Assembly: GCA_963977445.1 (NCBI GenBank) | Contig: CAXBPH010000022.1 | Location: forward strand, 1-41,983 | Source of the DNA: an uncultured bacterium | GTDB taxonomy: Bacteria > Hydrogenedentota > Hydrogenedentia > Hydrogenedentales > JAEUWI01 | Direction: 5' to 3' | DNA length: 41,983 bases | The notes under the pieces: generated by a model | What the model saw: the letters and a program-made list of their open reading frames with translations, nothing else | Told to the model about the DNA's origin: nothing | Database searches by the model: none | Part shown: positions 18,311-28,186 of the stretch, piece after piece | Layout: every line of letters starts with the position of its first letter | Numbering within the stretch: position 1 is the first letter of the stretch | Made by a program: the position numbers and the translations under genes

Positions 18311-20001
18311 CCCGGATAGTAATCGGATCGCGGGGCAGCGATCTTGCCCTGACGCAAACCAACCACATTGCCGATCGACTTCGGGCGCTCTCGCCCGATC
18401 TTGAAGTCGTCGTTGAAATTATTTCTACCAAGGGTGATCGGGTGACCGACGTGCCGCTGGCCCAGGTGGGGGGCAAAGGGGTTTTCACCAAGGAACTCGA
18501 AGTTGCCCTCCTCGACGGCAGCATTGATCTCGCCGTGCACAGCCTGAAGGATCTGCCCACCGAACTGCCCGGCGGTCTTGCGCTGGGGGCTGTTCCCGAA
18601 CGAGAAGACCCCACCGATGCCCTTATCAGTGCGTCAGGCCTCTGTTTGATGGATCTGCCTCAGGGGGCCAAAGTCGGCACCTCCAGCACGCGACGTCAGG
18701 TACAGTTGCGCGCCTGCCGCCCTGACCTGCAGTTGCTCGACCTGCGCGGTAATGTGCCGACCCGACTGGAGAAACTTCACCGCGAAGGCCTGGACGCCAT
18801 TATTCTGGCCAGTGCCGGACTTAAACGCCTGGGACTGGACGCCCATATTACGGAGCGCATCCAACCCATCCATATGCTATCCGCAGTGGGCCAGGGGGCT
18901 TTGGGCATTGAAATACGCGAAGGTGATCCCGTCCTTACGCCCCTGATGGCCCAATTGCACCATCGGGAGACTGCCGCAGCCACTACGGCCGAGCGCACCC
19001 TGCTCGATGCCCTCGGTGGCGGCTGTCAAGTGCCCTTGGGTGCCCTGGCGACGGTAGACGGCGAGACCCTGAGCATTCAGGCGTGCGCGTGCAGCCCTGA
19101 TGGCACCAAGGTCGTCCGGGCGACCGAGACGGGTTCTATCGAGGCACCGGAAGCCCTGGGTCGTAAAATTGCCGAGCGCCTTATGGCCGGAGGCGCGTCC
19201 GCCTTCATTCAACAGGTGGGACTCGACGCCCTCAAGGCGAAACAACCTCTGGTAGGGAAGACCATCGTCGTGACCCGTGCCGCCAATCAGGCAAGCGTCC
19301 TTTCCAGCGAATTGGCGGCCCTTGGCGCCCACGTTGTCGATTTTCCAACCATCGCCGTGAATCCGGTGACACCCGATGTCCCCATCGAAGGGGAAGGGGC
19401 CTATGACTGGCTCATTTTCACCAGCGCGAATGGGGTGAATCATTTTGTGAATGTATTGAACCAGGCGGGACGTAGTCTGGCCGAGTTTCGGGCAGCGGCC
19501 TTCTGTGCCATTGGCCCGGCGACGGCTGCGGCACTCCGGGAACATCAGATACCCGTTACCCTGACGCCCCAGCACTATGTGGCGGAGTCGATCCTGGCCG
19601 GGCTGCAAACATTGGAAAATGACCTGTCCGGTAAACGTTTCCTCATGCCCCGGGGCAACCTCGCCCGCCCGATTCTGCCGGCCGCTCTTCGTGATGTCGG
19701 TGCCGAGGTGGTGGAGTGTGTGGTCTATGAGACCGTTATGCCCGAGATTGCGCCCGAGGCCATCGATACCATGCTTGCGACAGCGCCTGATATGGTAACC
19801 TTCACGAGTTCGTCCACCGTCCGCAATTTTGTGTCGGCCCTGAGCGACGTGCAGTTGAACACGCTGAAAGGCCAAACGCGCTTTGCATCCATTGGCCCCA
19901 TTACCACCGAAACGGCACAGGGCCTTGGGCTGGAAATTGCCATCGAGCCGGACCGTTACGAAATTCCTGCCCTGATTCACGCGATTGTGGATGGGCAATG
20001 A
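18307..20001 (+). CDS. hemC: Fused hydroxymethylbilane synthase / uroporphyrinogen-III synthase
   Basis: HemC motifs GSRGSDLALTQ, GKGVFTKELE, AVHSLKD, LRGNVPTR, GGCQVP. In-frame HemD motifs IVVTRA, WLIFTSANGV, AIGPATA, FTSSSTV, SIGPIT. Confidence 0.95.
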   Translation: MTRIVIGSRGSDLALTQTNHIADRLRALSPDLEVVVEIISTKGDRVTDVPLAQVGGKGVFTKELEVALLDGSIDLAVHSLKDLPTELPGGLALGAVPEREDPTDALISASGLCLMDLPQGAKVGTSSTRRQVQLRACRPDLQLLDLRGNVPTRLEKLHREGLDAIILASAGLKRLGLDAHITERIQPIHMLSAVGQGALGIEIREGDPVLTPLMAQLHHRETAAATTAERTLLDALGGGCQVPLGALATVDGETLSIQACACSPDGTKVVRATETGSIEAPEALGRKIAERLMAGGASAFIQQVGLDALKAKQPLVGKTIVVTRAANQASVLSSELAALGAHVVDFPTIAVNPVTPDVPIEGEGAYDWLIFTSANGVNHFVNVLNQAGRSLAEFRAAAFCAIGPATAAALREHQIPVTLTPQHYVAESILAGLQTLENDLSGKRFLMPRGNLARPILPAALRDVGAEVVECVVYETVMPEIAPEAIDTMLATAPDMVTFTSSSTVRNFVSALSDVQLNTLKGQTRFASIGPITTETAQGLGLEIAIEPDRYEIPALIHAIVDGQ

Positions 20002-20090
20002 GTGGCGCACCCGATGCACCCACGGCAGTTTCAGCGTCCGAATAGGTTATAACAGGCGACCAGCGCCTTGCTTTTTTAAGGAGTGAATAC

Positions 20091-21080
20091 ATGTTTCCCA
20101 TGACACGGATGCGTCGCCTTCGGCGCAATGAGACCATGCGTCGCATGGTACGCGAGACGGAGCTACGGGTTTCCGATCTCATACTGCCCCTCTTCGTGAG
20201 GCCGGGTAGTGGCGTACGTAACCCCATCGTGTCCATGCCGGGACAATTTCAATTTTCTGTGGATACCCTGGTCGAAGAGGCCAAGGCCATCGAAGGTCTC
20301 GGTATCCCCGGGATTATTCTCTTCGGCATCCCCAAGGTGAAAGATGCCCTGGGAAGTCAGGCCTATGCCAACGACGCCATCGTTTGTCGCGCCGTGGAAG
20401 CCGTAAAAGCGGCCTGCCCCGATTTGTGTGTCATCACCGATGTCTGCATGTGTGAATACACGGACCACGGACATTGCGGTGCCATCGAGCCCAATCGCGA
20501 TGGCCGGCCCGATGTGGACAACGACAAGACCCTGGAATTGCTGGTGAAGGAGTCCCTGGCCCATGCGGAGGCCGGTGCCGACATGGTGGCCCCTTCCGAT
20601 ATGATGGATGGTCGCATTGGAGAAATCCGCCTGGCCCTCGACGAAAATGATTTCAGCGACGTGCCTATCATGGCCTATAGCGCGAAATTTGCCTCGGCAT
20701 TTTACGGACCCTTTCGGGATGCAGCCGAATCACCGCCCAGCTTCGGCGACCGTCGTTCCTACCAGATGGATCCGGCCAATATTAACGAGGCCATGCGTGA
20801 AATCGAGTTGGATATCGAAGAGGGTGCCGATATTGTCATGGTGAAACCGGCCCTGCCCTACCTGGACGTCATACGCTGGGCCGCAGACAATTTTGATCTG
20901 CCCATCGCCGCCTACAATGTCTCCGGCGAATACGCGATGATTAAAGCGGCCGGTGCCAATGGCTGGATTGACGAGAAGAAGGCTGCCATGGAATCGTTGT
21001 TGTCGATTAAGCGGGCTGGTGCCAAGATGATCCTGACCTACTGGGCGAAAGATGCCGCCACCTGGCTGGCAGAAGGATAG
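20091..21080 (+). CDS. hemB: Porphobilinogen synthase (Zn-type)
   Basis: [55 protein letters not shown]. Confidence 0.98.
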   Translation: MFPMTRMRRLRRNETMRRMVRETELRVSDLILPLFVRPGSGVRNPIVSMPGQFQFSVDTLVEEAKAIEGLGIPGIILFGIPKVKDALGSQAYANDAIVCRAVEAVKAACPDLCVITDVCMCEYTDHGHCGAIEPNRDGRPDVDNDKTLELLVKESLAHAEAGADMVAPSDMMDGRIGEIRLALDENDFSDVPIMAYSAKFASAFYGPFRDAAESPPSFGDRRSYQMDPANINEAMREIELDIEEGADIVMVKPALPYLDVIRWAADNFDLPIAAYNVSGEYAMIKAAGANGWIDEKKAAMESLLSIKRAGAKMILTYWAKDAATWLAEG

Positions 21081-21179
21081 CAGCCCGCTGTAAGCGCCGA
21101 ACGGGCTAAAACGGGCCGTTGTTGAATGAACCTGCCCCATGGCACGTAGCCATGCAGGCAGGTGGGTATTGCGTATGGG

Positions 21180-21314
21180 TCAGTTTTTGGCGCTGATGAC
21201 CGTTTGGGCCGGATTCTTCTTGTCGCGCTTCATTTTTTTCTTTTCTTTGGGGGTGTTGACGGCTTTCTTCTTGGATTCCCGCTTGCCCTTGTCTGCTTTT
21301 CCTGAGTCACCCAT
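21180..21314 (-). CDS. 44-aa Lys-rich small protein
   Basis: Hand translation MGDSGKADKGKRESKKKAVNTPKEKKKMKRDKKNPAQTVISAKN; AAAGGA RBS; fills an otherwise empty gap. Confidence 0.7.
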   Translation of the reverse strand: MGDSGKADKGKRESKKKAVNTPKEKKKMKRDKKNPAQTVISAKN

Positions 21315-21427
21315 GATATGCGTCCTTTGGTTGTGAAGGATGCTGAATCGCATCAATGTAGTATTATATCAGAAAAGCGATTCCCGCGTGATTTATATTA
21401 TAGAAGCCAAGGGCTGCGGGCAGCCCC

Positions 21428-23092
21428 TCAGACGGCCGACTTCAGAAGCGAGGCCATAATGCGCTGTTCTCGTGTCATGAGCAGGTTGCCGGCCTGACGC
21501 AGTATCAGGGGGTAAGCCAACAGGGTCGTCGCCACAAAGATCAGCGAGGCGACAACGGCGATGTGGAAGTCCCCAAGCCCCCAAGTTGAAGCAAGGCCAT
21601 CGGCAAATATGCAGAAGACGGTAGGGAGGACGAGGATGGCCACAATGAAGGGCATGACCAATCCCACCAAGAGCACCCGACCGCTCTGTTTTCGCATCAT
21701 ATTGCGACCAATAGCCATGGGCGCAAAAATGGAGACAAAGCTCCCTGCCAGACTGAAATTAAGAAAGAGCTGGACCACCTGAATCACGCTCACCACGGTC
21801 GTCTCCAGGCCGAGGGAAAAATACCAGCTGCCAAAGAGGGCGAAGGCCAGGCCCATGCCGCCGGCCAGGGGGACGAGGGCCAGGTGGTAGGCGAGGAGGA
21901 TGCGGTGCCTCGGAGTCGGGAGGAGGAGCAACGTGCGAAAGCCCCGCTGGTCCATACCGAATAGGTTGAAGAAGATACTCCCGAACATGAAAAAGGGCCA
22001 GACAATGGCCATGACCGGCAGGCCCATGCCCTCACCCAACATCATGGACCGGCCATTGGCGACGCTGAGTATCAGTACAAGACCAATGGGCGCAAAAAGC
22101 ATGGTCCGCACCTGGGGATGGCGGGAAAAATTCAGAAAGAGGGCCTGGGCGAGGGCGGCGGTTTCTTCATTCAACAAAGGTATTCTACGGCCCGTCAGGG
22201 GGGGGCGCTGCGTTCCGAGAGGCCGATTCTTTTTGCGGGTCCCCTCCTGATTGCCAAAGCCATAACGCAGGGTGGTTCGATAGCCGAGATAATAGCCCAG
22301 TGCGCCCAATACGGCGAGGCCCGCGAGGGGAAGCCAATAGAAACCCTCTCCGACCAGTTGGGTTGTCAGCGCGAGGGCCAGTAGTCCACCGGGATGGAGG
22401 AAGGAGCCCCGATAAATCCATTCGACCCGCTCGGGTGCACTCAGCCACTGGGCCACGTCTTCCGCACCCCGGTTTTCCAGGAACAGATTTCCAATTAAGG
22501 TTGGCGCGAAGCCGATGGTCATGAAGAAGAAGGGGAGAACCGTCAAGAGGAAGCGTCGCCGCCGTTTGTTCTCCATCCAAACCACCAGCAGGCCCCGCAG
22601 GTAATAGGCCCAGGCCGACGAGAGGAAAAAGAACAACATCGCAGCCAGTGTGGCGCTGAATAGGCCGCTGCCCGTGTTGTGATAAATTCCCGCGATCAGT
22701 CCGGTCGCTGCGCCAATGTAGAAGGCCGAGGTAAACCCAACCATGGACACCAGGAAGTTAATGGCGTTTACCATCCACATGGGTACGGGAAAGTGGACCA
22801 TTTTCCGGATGTCGATAATATCCGAGCGCTGCACCTCCATCACCAGGCCCCAGAACCAGCTGATACCATAAATCAGCATGAGGGCATTGAGCGCGAGTAA
22901 CACCATGGGTGTGGGCTGATCGAGCAGCCATTGGGTGGTCATAAAATACAGGCCGAAACCCAAGGCAATAGCAAACAAAATCGCGCCCGTGGCCACAAAG
23001 CTGACCAGAAAATACGCGATGAGTTTTCCCTGGGTAAGGGAATGGCGAACCAGATGAAACTGGAGGATAAACAGGGCCCGTACGTAGTTCAT
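21428..23092 (-). CDS. ABC exporter permease (large, multi-TM)
   Basis: More than 12 hydrophobic segments; NLFGMD..G...LLLLP motif; ATG overlaps the ATPase stop (ATGA). Confidence 0.8.
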   Translation of the reverse strand: MNYVRALFILQFHLVRHSLTQGKLIAYFLVSFVATGAILFAIALGFGLYFMTTQWLLDQPTPMVLLALNALMLIYGISWFWGLVMEVQRSDIIDIRKMVHFPVPMWMVNAINFLVSMVGFTSAFYIGAATGLIAGIYHNTGSGLFSATLAAMLFFFLSSAWAYYLRGLLVVWMENKRRRRFLLTVLPFFFMTIGFAPTLIGNLFLENRGAEDVAQWLSAPERVEWIYRGSFLHPGGLLALALTTQLVGEGFYWLPLAGLAVLGALGYYLGYRTTLRYGFGNQEGTRKKNRPLGTQRPPLTGRRIPLLNEETAALAQALFLNFSRHPQVRTMLFAPIGLVLILSVANGRSMMLGEGMGLPVMAIVWPFFMFGSIFFNLFGMDQRGFRTLLLLPTPRHRILLAYHLALVPLAGGMGLAFALFGSWYFSLGLETTVVSVIQVVQLFLNFSLAGSFVSIFAPMAIGRNMMRKQSGRVLLVGLVMPFIVAILVLPTVFCIFADGLASTWGLGDFHIAVVASLIFVATTLLAYPLILRQAGNLLMTREQRIMASLLKSAV

Positions 23093-23859
23093 CCAGCGGC
23101 CCGCCCGCCACCGAGCCACGAAAGGCTTGCCGTCGTAAGGTGGTCACGACCCACGATACTCACGAAGCGATTCTCCAGGGTTTCCCCTTCGGCCACCTCG
23201 GCGAGTGGGCCCTGGGCAATAAGTTCGCCCTGGTGGATGATGCCCACATGGGTGCACAGTTGCTCCACGATGGTGAGGATGTGGGAGGTAAGAAAAATGG
23301 TGCGCCCCAACGCGGTCATTTCCTGAAGCACCTCTTTGATGGTGCGGGAGGCCACGGCGTCGATCCCTTCGAAGGGCTCGTCGAGAAAAAGCAGGTCGGG
23401 GTCATGAATAATAGCTGCAGCCAGCGATACTTTCTTTTTCATGCCGTGGGAGTACTCAAGAATCAGCGTCTTCCGCGCGTCCGCAAGCCCCAGCAATTCC
23501 AGGAGTTCTTCCGTGCGGCGGAGTGATACTTCGGCCGGCAACTTATACATGCGCCCCACAAAGGCCAGGTATTCCCGGGCTGTGAGGTTTTCGAAAAGGC
23601 ACAGGTCCTCGGGCACCACACCAATTCGCCGTTTGATTTGCAGGGGTTGGCGGGTGAGGGGAATGTTTAAGAGGCGCGCTTCCCCCGACGTCGGCGGCAC
23701 GATACCCGTTAGCATTTTGATGGTCGTGGACTTGCCCGCACCGTTGGGCCCGAGGAATCCGAAGAAGCAGCCTTTTTCCACCCGAAGGTCCAGCCCGTTG
23801 ACGGCAGTCACCTCTTCATAGACTTTTCTCAGGCCGTAGGTCTCAATGCTGTATTCCAT
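23089..23859 (-). CDS. ABC transporter ATP-binding protein
   Basis: GPNGAGKST, YSHGMKKK, LFLDEPF, FLTSH. Confidence 0.95.
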   Translation of the reverse strand: MEYSIETYGLRKVYEEVTAVNGLDLRVEKGCFFGFLGPNGAGKSTTIKMLTGIVPPTSGEARLLNIPLTRQPLQIKRRIGVVPEDLCLFENLTAREYLAFVGRMYKLPAEVSLRRTEELLELLGLADARKTLILEYSHGMKKKVSLAAAIIHDPDLLFLDEPFEGIDAVASRTIKEVLQEMTALGRTIFLTSHILTIVEQLCTHVGIIHQGELIAQGPLAEVAEGETLENRFVSIVGRDHLTTASLSWLGGGRAAG

Positions 23860-24143
23860 GGTCGCTCCCGGGTGTCGTCAACTGATTTCGCCGCTACTGG
23901 GAGACATCATAGCAGAGGACCTGGAGAATAGAGAATAATGACTTGAGCTAGAAACCAAAAAACGGGGTGCCTGGGGGGGCGATGAGTTTCCCCAAATCTG
24001 AATGCCCATTGCTTAGGCTGGCTATTGGAGAAGGATTCATTTCTGTGCACCCGGCACGCAAGACGAAAATCTTGGGAAGAGTGTGATGGGTCATGCTACT
24101 ATTAATACGACTTACATAGAGTATGACCCGCAGGAGATGAGGC

Positions 24144-24353
24144 ATGGACATTGAAGCACAACTGCTCGAAACGATTAGAGCGCTTCCGCCAGAACGCCAG
24201 GCGGAGGTCATAGACTTTGTGGAATTCATCAAGCAACGGTCTGCTCCCCAAGCCGATGTCCGCCCTGTTGGTCTGTGCCAGGGGGAATTCACGGTGCCGG
24301 AAGATTTTGATGCACCGCTGCCCGAATCCGTGCTTCGGGATTTTGAAGCGTGA
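24144..24353 (+). CDS. Antitoxin (DUF2281/VapB-like)
   Basis: LPPERQAEVIDFVEFI and G...G.F.VPEDFDAPLP; stop overlaps the PIN gene start (GTGA). Confidence 0.88.
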   Translation: MDIEAQLLETIRALPPERQAEVIDFVEFIKQRSAPQADVRPVGLCQGEFTVPEDFDAPLPESVLRDFEA

Positions 24354-24745
24354 AGCTCTTGCTCGACACCCATGTGTTCCTCTGGTATATCAGCAAAAAC
24401 AAACGCTTGAGCCCTGAAGCGGAGCAGGCTATTCGCCAGCCAGAGAATCAGGTGTACTTGAGCCCGGTTTCCTTGTGGGAGTGTCTGGTAAAGCACCGTC
24501 TCGGTAAACTGACCCTTCCGCAGGCACCGGAAGAATACCTCACACTCCAACGCCAACGTCATGGAATCGACTCCTTACCTGTGGATGAGGCCAGCGTACG
24601 CCACCTTGTGAAGCTTCCCGACTTGCATCGCGACCCCTTTGACCGAATGTTGATTTGTCAGGCCATTGAGCACAGCCTCAGCCTGGTGACTTCAGACCGG
24701 ACAATCACGCAGTATCCCGTTGCGACCCTTCAGTTCGATCGGTAG
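24350..24745 (+). CDS. vapC: PIN-domain toxin (VapC family)
   Basis: MKLLLDTHVFLW, SLWE, HRDPFDRMLICQA, TSD. Confidence 0.92.
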   Translation: MKLLLDTHVFLWYISKNKRLSPEAEQAIRQPENQVYLSPVSLWECLVKHRLGKLTLPQAPEEYLTLQRQRHGIDSLPVDEASVRHLVKLPDLHRDPFDRMLICQAIEHSLSLVTSDRTITQYPVATLQFDR

Positions 24746-24898
24746 AGCGTTTGACCCCATACGATCCGTGGGTTGTTTCGGACTACCCGTGGTCGTTTCT
24801 CGCTATGGGGTGTCTGGGCGCATATACTGGGGCTCAGGGGTGCTGTAAAGACACCTTCACACTCCCGCGTACCGGGATAGCTCAACGATCGGGAATGT

Positions 24899-26041
24899 AT
24901 GTGCCACCAAACGAAACGTTTCGTCTTAATTCTGGGTCTCCTTGGTGTCTGTGGACTCGGCTGTTCTGGTTCCGAGCCCGTCACCAATCGTGAGGCCGCC
25001 TCGACGAAAGATGCTGATTTCCAGTATCAGCAGGGTGTCGCCTATATGAACGGACAAGGCGTTGAGAAGGACTTGGAGGAGGCCTGTCGCTGGTTTCGAC
25101 TCGCCGCCGATCAGGGGCATATCGATGGTCAGTATAACTACGGGTCCATGTTATACGCGGGCAGTGGCGTGGAAAAGAATGACACCGAGGCCTTTCTCTG
25201 GTTTGTGAAAGCGGCCGAGCAGGGAAGTCCCATCGCCCAATACAACGTTGCCTTTCTCTATAGCGCGGGCGAAGGCGTTGAGCAAGACGGCGATGCAGCG
25301 CTCCGCTGGTACTTGAAGGCGGCCGGGCAGGGTTATGGGCCCGCAGAGTTCAAGCTTGCCCAGATGTATCGAGAAGGCGCGGGCGTCGAGAAAAACACCG
25401 CCGAGGCCATGACGTGGTACACCAAAGCGGCGGAACAAGGGGATGTATCCGCCCAGCGAAATCTTGGTATTGCCTATAGTGACGGGGAAGGCGTGGAGCC
25501 GGATAGCGCCTTAGCGGTCCAGTGGTTCATGGAGGCGGCGAAACAGGGTGACGCCGTCGCACAGCGCCGCCTGGGTATCATGCAGATCGAGGGCGAAGGG
25601 GTAGAAAAGAATTCGGACGAAGGCATCCAGTGGCTCCTCAAGGCCGGAGAGCAAGGCGATGCCTACGGCCAATTTTATTTGAGCCTACTCTATTTCCATG
25701 GTAATGGTGTCGAGAAGAATGAAGCGGAAGCCTACCGGTGGTGCCGCCTTTCGGCAGCGCAGGGCGACGTCTCTGCCCAATACAATCTTGGTGTCTGGTT
25801 GGCCGACGGCGTTGGCGTGGCGCAAAACGAATCGGAAGCGGTCGAATGGTATACGAAAGCGGCGAACCAGGATCATGTGAAGGCCCAGTACAATCTTGCC
25901 CTCATGCATGATTTTGGCAAGGGTGTCGCTAAAAACGAAACAGAAGCCATTCGGTGGTACACCCGCGCTGCCGAACAGGGACATGAAAAGGCGCAACGAA
26001 ACCTGGATGAGCGTCACGCGATGGCACCGGACGACGAATAA
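24899..26041 (+). CDS. Sel1-repeat protein, probable lipoprotein
   Basis: Nine 36-aa repeats AQY.LG..Y..G.GVEK...EA..W..KAA.QG; N-terminal KR, hydrophobic stretch and GLGC lipobox-like motif. Confidence 0.93.
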   Translation: MCHQTKRFVLILGLLGVCGLGCSGSEPVTNREAASTKDADFQYQQGVAYMNGQGVEKDLEEACRWFRLAADQGHIDGQYNYGSMLYAGSGVEKNDTEAFLWFVKAAEQGSPIAQYNVAFLYSAGEGVEQDGDAALRWYLKAAGQGYGPAEFKLAQMYREGAGVEKNTAEAMTWYTKAAEQGDVSAQRNLGIAYSDGEGVEPDSALAVQWFMEAAKQGDAVAQRRLGIMQIEGEGVEKNSDEGIQWLLKAGEQGDAYGQFYLSLLYFHGNGVEKNEAEAYRWCRLSAAQGDVSAQYNLGVWLADGVGVAQNESEAVEWYTKAANQDHVKAQYNLALMHDFGKGVAKNETEAIRWYTRAAEQGHEKAQRNLDERHAMAPDDE

Positions 26042-26174
26042 TCGCCTTGCAGAGATGTTGCCGCGTGCTTCGTCGACCTATGGACAAGCACCTCCATTTT
26101 GCTTGTTTTTTCTTTCTCCATGGGGCAGTATGTCGGTCAGTAAATATGGGTGTGATCGGTGCCAGGGAGAATAG

Positions 26175-26999
26175 ATGCAAACCGGAGTCTGTCAGTGGTG
26201 TTTTGCACGGACCGTACCAACCTTCGACGCCATGGCGACGGCGCGGGAATGTGGTTATGAGGCTTTCGAAGTGGGCATCGGGCTGGAAACCTACGTATCG
26301 CTTTCGTCATCGACCGAAAGCCTGTCGTCCCTTCGGCGACACGCCGATGGATTGGGCCTGACACTCTCGAGTGCGGCCACGGGCGTGGGGTGGCAATATC
26401 CCCTCACGAGCAACGATCGGGCAAAGCGGGAGAAGGGCGTCGCGCTTACCACCCAGGCCATGGAAGTGGCCGCCGAGTTGGGCGTGAAGACCCTGCTGAT
26501 TGTTCCCGGAACGGTGGATATGGAAACCCGTTTCGACGATGCCTTCGAAAACGGCGTAGCATCACTACGTTCCCTTGTTCGCCGCGCGGAGACCCTCGGT
26601 GTTTCCCTGGCAGTCGAAAATGTGTGGAGCAATTTCCTCCTGAACCCCGAAGAGCTCCGCCAGTTTGTGGACCAATGCGGCAGTCCAAAAATCGGCGTTT
26701 ACCTCGATGTGGGCAATGTGATCCTCTATGGCTACCCGGAAAAATGGATACAATCCCTGAAGGGCCGCATCCTGGGTGTCCATATCAACGACTTCAAAAA
26801 GGGTATGCCCCGGGGTAAGGGCTTTGTCATGCCGGGCGAGGGCGAAGTCGATTGGCCGCAGGTAATCATGGCCCTGAAGTCGGTCGGCTACGACGGTGCA
26901 CTCACAATTGAATACGAAGCCGAGTCGGGGGCCATCGGGACCAAGTTACGGCAGGCCCTGGCGCGTCTCAAGGTGATTCAGACGCTGAAAGGTTTTTAG
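26175..26999 (+). CDS. Sugar phosphate isomerase/epimerase (xylose-isomerase-like TIM barrel)
   Basis: LLIVPG, AVENVWSNFL, YLDVGN, VHIND, GEGEVDW, TIE. Confidence 0.88.
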   Translation: MQTGVCQWCFARTVPTFDAMATARECGYEAFEVGIGLETYVSLSSSTESLSSLRRHADGLGLTLSSAATGVGWQYPLTSNDRAKREKGVALTTQAMEVAAELGVKTLLIVPGTVDMETRFDDAFENGVASLRSLVRRAETLGVSLAVENVWSNFLLNPEELRQFVDQCGSPKIGVYLDVGNVILYGYPEKWIQSLKGRILGVHINDFKKGMPRGKGFVMPGEGEVDWPQVIMALKSVGYDGALTIEYEAESGAIGTKLRQALARLKVIQTLKGF

Positions 27000-27051
27000 C
27001 AGCCCGGACGTGGGGCCTGTTTGTATTCCGGGTATGCGAGCGGTGCTCCGC

Positions 27052-28095
27052 TTATTCGCCGTGTACCCGCAGAAATTTCAACGGCCACGTTTTCTGCGAG
27101 TTCCATTGTGCCACATACAGGTTTCCTTCTACATCCATGGTGACGGCATGGGGATGGATGAACGTGTCGCCATCGTGGGTCATACGCTCCAAGGTTCCGT
27201 CTTTATAATGGGGGCTCGTGCCGCCGATGTTGCTGATGACCTTGTAGTCCTTATCCAATACCGAGACATATCCCGGTGCGTCTCGTTGTGCAGGCCAATC
27301 GGAGCCGAGATGGGGGATATATAGCTTGTCTTGAAAGATAAAAATCTCTCTGGGGTTCGCGCCGGGCATTTTTATGGTGTCGATGTACTCGCCCTCCAGC
27401 GTAAACCGCTTCAAATGATTTTGGTCACTGCACGCGATGACCAACACAGGGTTCTCGGGATCGCGGGTGTCGACAACCCCGCCATGGGGCCCATATTTCG
27501 CAAGCTGGGCGTCGCCCTCACCAATGTCGCCCCCGAATATTCGCACGAATTCGCCGTCCTTGTTGTACTGAATGATATAGCTTTTACCATACCCATCGAG
27601 AACGTAGAAATCCCCATTGGGTGCGTTGAGCACGTCTGACGGACGGTATTCATCCCGTGATGCATAGTGGTCTGTATGTCCCGGATAAGGCACCTCCATC
27701 AACACCTCACCATCGAGTGTGGTTTTCAGAACGATCCCTGTTCCCCCATTCTCGGTGATGAATAGTACTTCCCTGTCCCCCTCGCGAAGGATGCTGAGCC
27801 CATGGGGACTCTTGAGATCGAGGGTCCACGTCTTCATAAGCGTCCCCTGTCGGTCAAAAATGACGACATTGTTGCGTGGATCATCAACCAGCATAAACAA
27901 GCGTTGTTCCCCATCGATTACCAGGCCATTGCAATTGTTGACGTATACATGCTCAAGATTGTCGACACCCCACCCTTCGACCAACGAAAAGCGCTCTCCG
28001 TCGCTGCCCAGAATATGGGACCCATCCCTTTGGGCGCATGCCTGGCCCATACATAGGCCGAGCGCTGTCAGCAGGCAAACGTAGATTTGTTTCAT
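27052..28095 (-). CDS. Exported NHL-repeat six-bladed beta-propeller
   Basis: Signal peptide; PHGL, P.D...PNGDFYVLDGYG, PHG, HPHAVT.D.EGNLYVAQWN; start inferred at MKQIYVCLL. Confidence 0.85.
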   Translation of the reverse strand: MKQIYVCLLTALGLCMGQACAQRDGSHILGSDGERFSLVEGWGVDNLEHVYVNNCNGLVIDGEQRLFMLVDDPRNNVVIFDRQGTLMKTWTLDLKSPHGLSILREGDREVLFITENGGTGIVLKTTLDGEVLMEVPYPGHTDHYASRDEYRPSDVLNAPNGDFYVLDGYGKSYIIQYNKDGEFVRIFGGDIGEGDAQLAKYGPHGGVVDTRDPENPVLVIACSDQNHLKRFTLEGEYIDTIKMPGANPREIFIFQDKLYIPHLGSDWPAQRDAPGYVSVLDKDYKVISNIGGTSPHYKDGTLERMTHDGDTFIHPHAVTMDVEGNLYVAQWNSQKTWPLKFLRVHGE

Positions 28096-28186
28096 ATCAC
28101 AATCCTTCACTGCGCAGTTGGTCAGGTTCTGAAAATATTGTCGATGTCCGGCTATGGTCACCCAACCGACCGGAATCGGCTCACCC

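Noticed and set aside
21139..21336. 65-aa hydrophobic plus-strand ORF
   Set aside because: It is the antisense shadow of the Lys-rich minus-strand gene, which has the RBS.
25000..26000. 108-bp periodicity
   Set aside because: Fully explained by Sel1 protein repeats.
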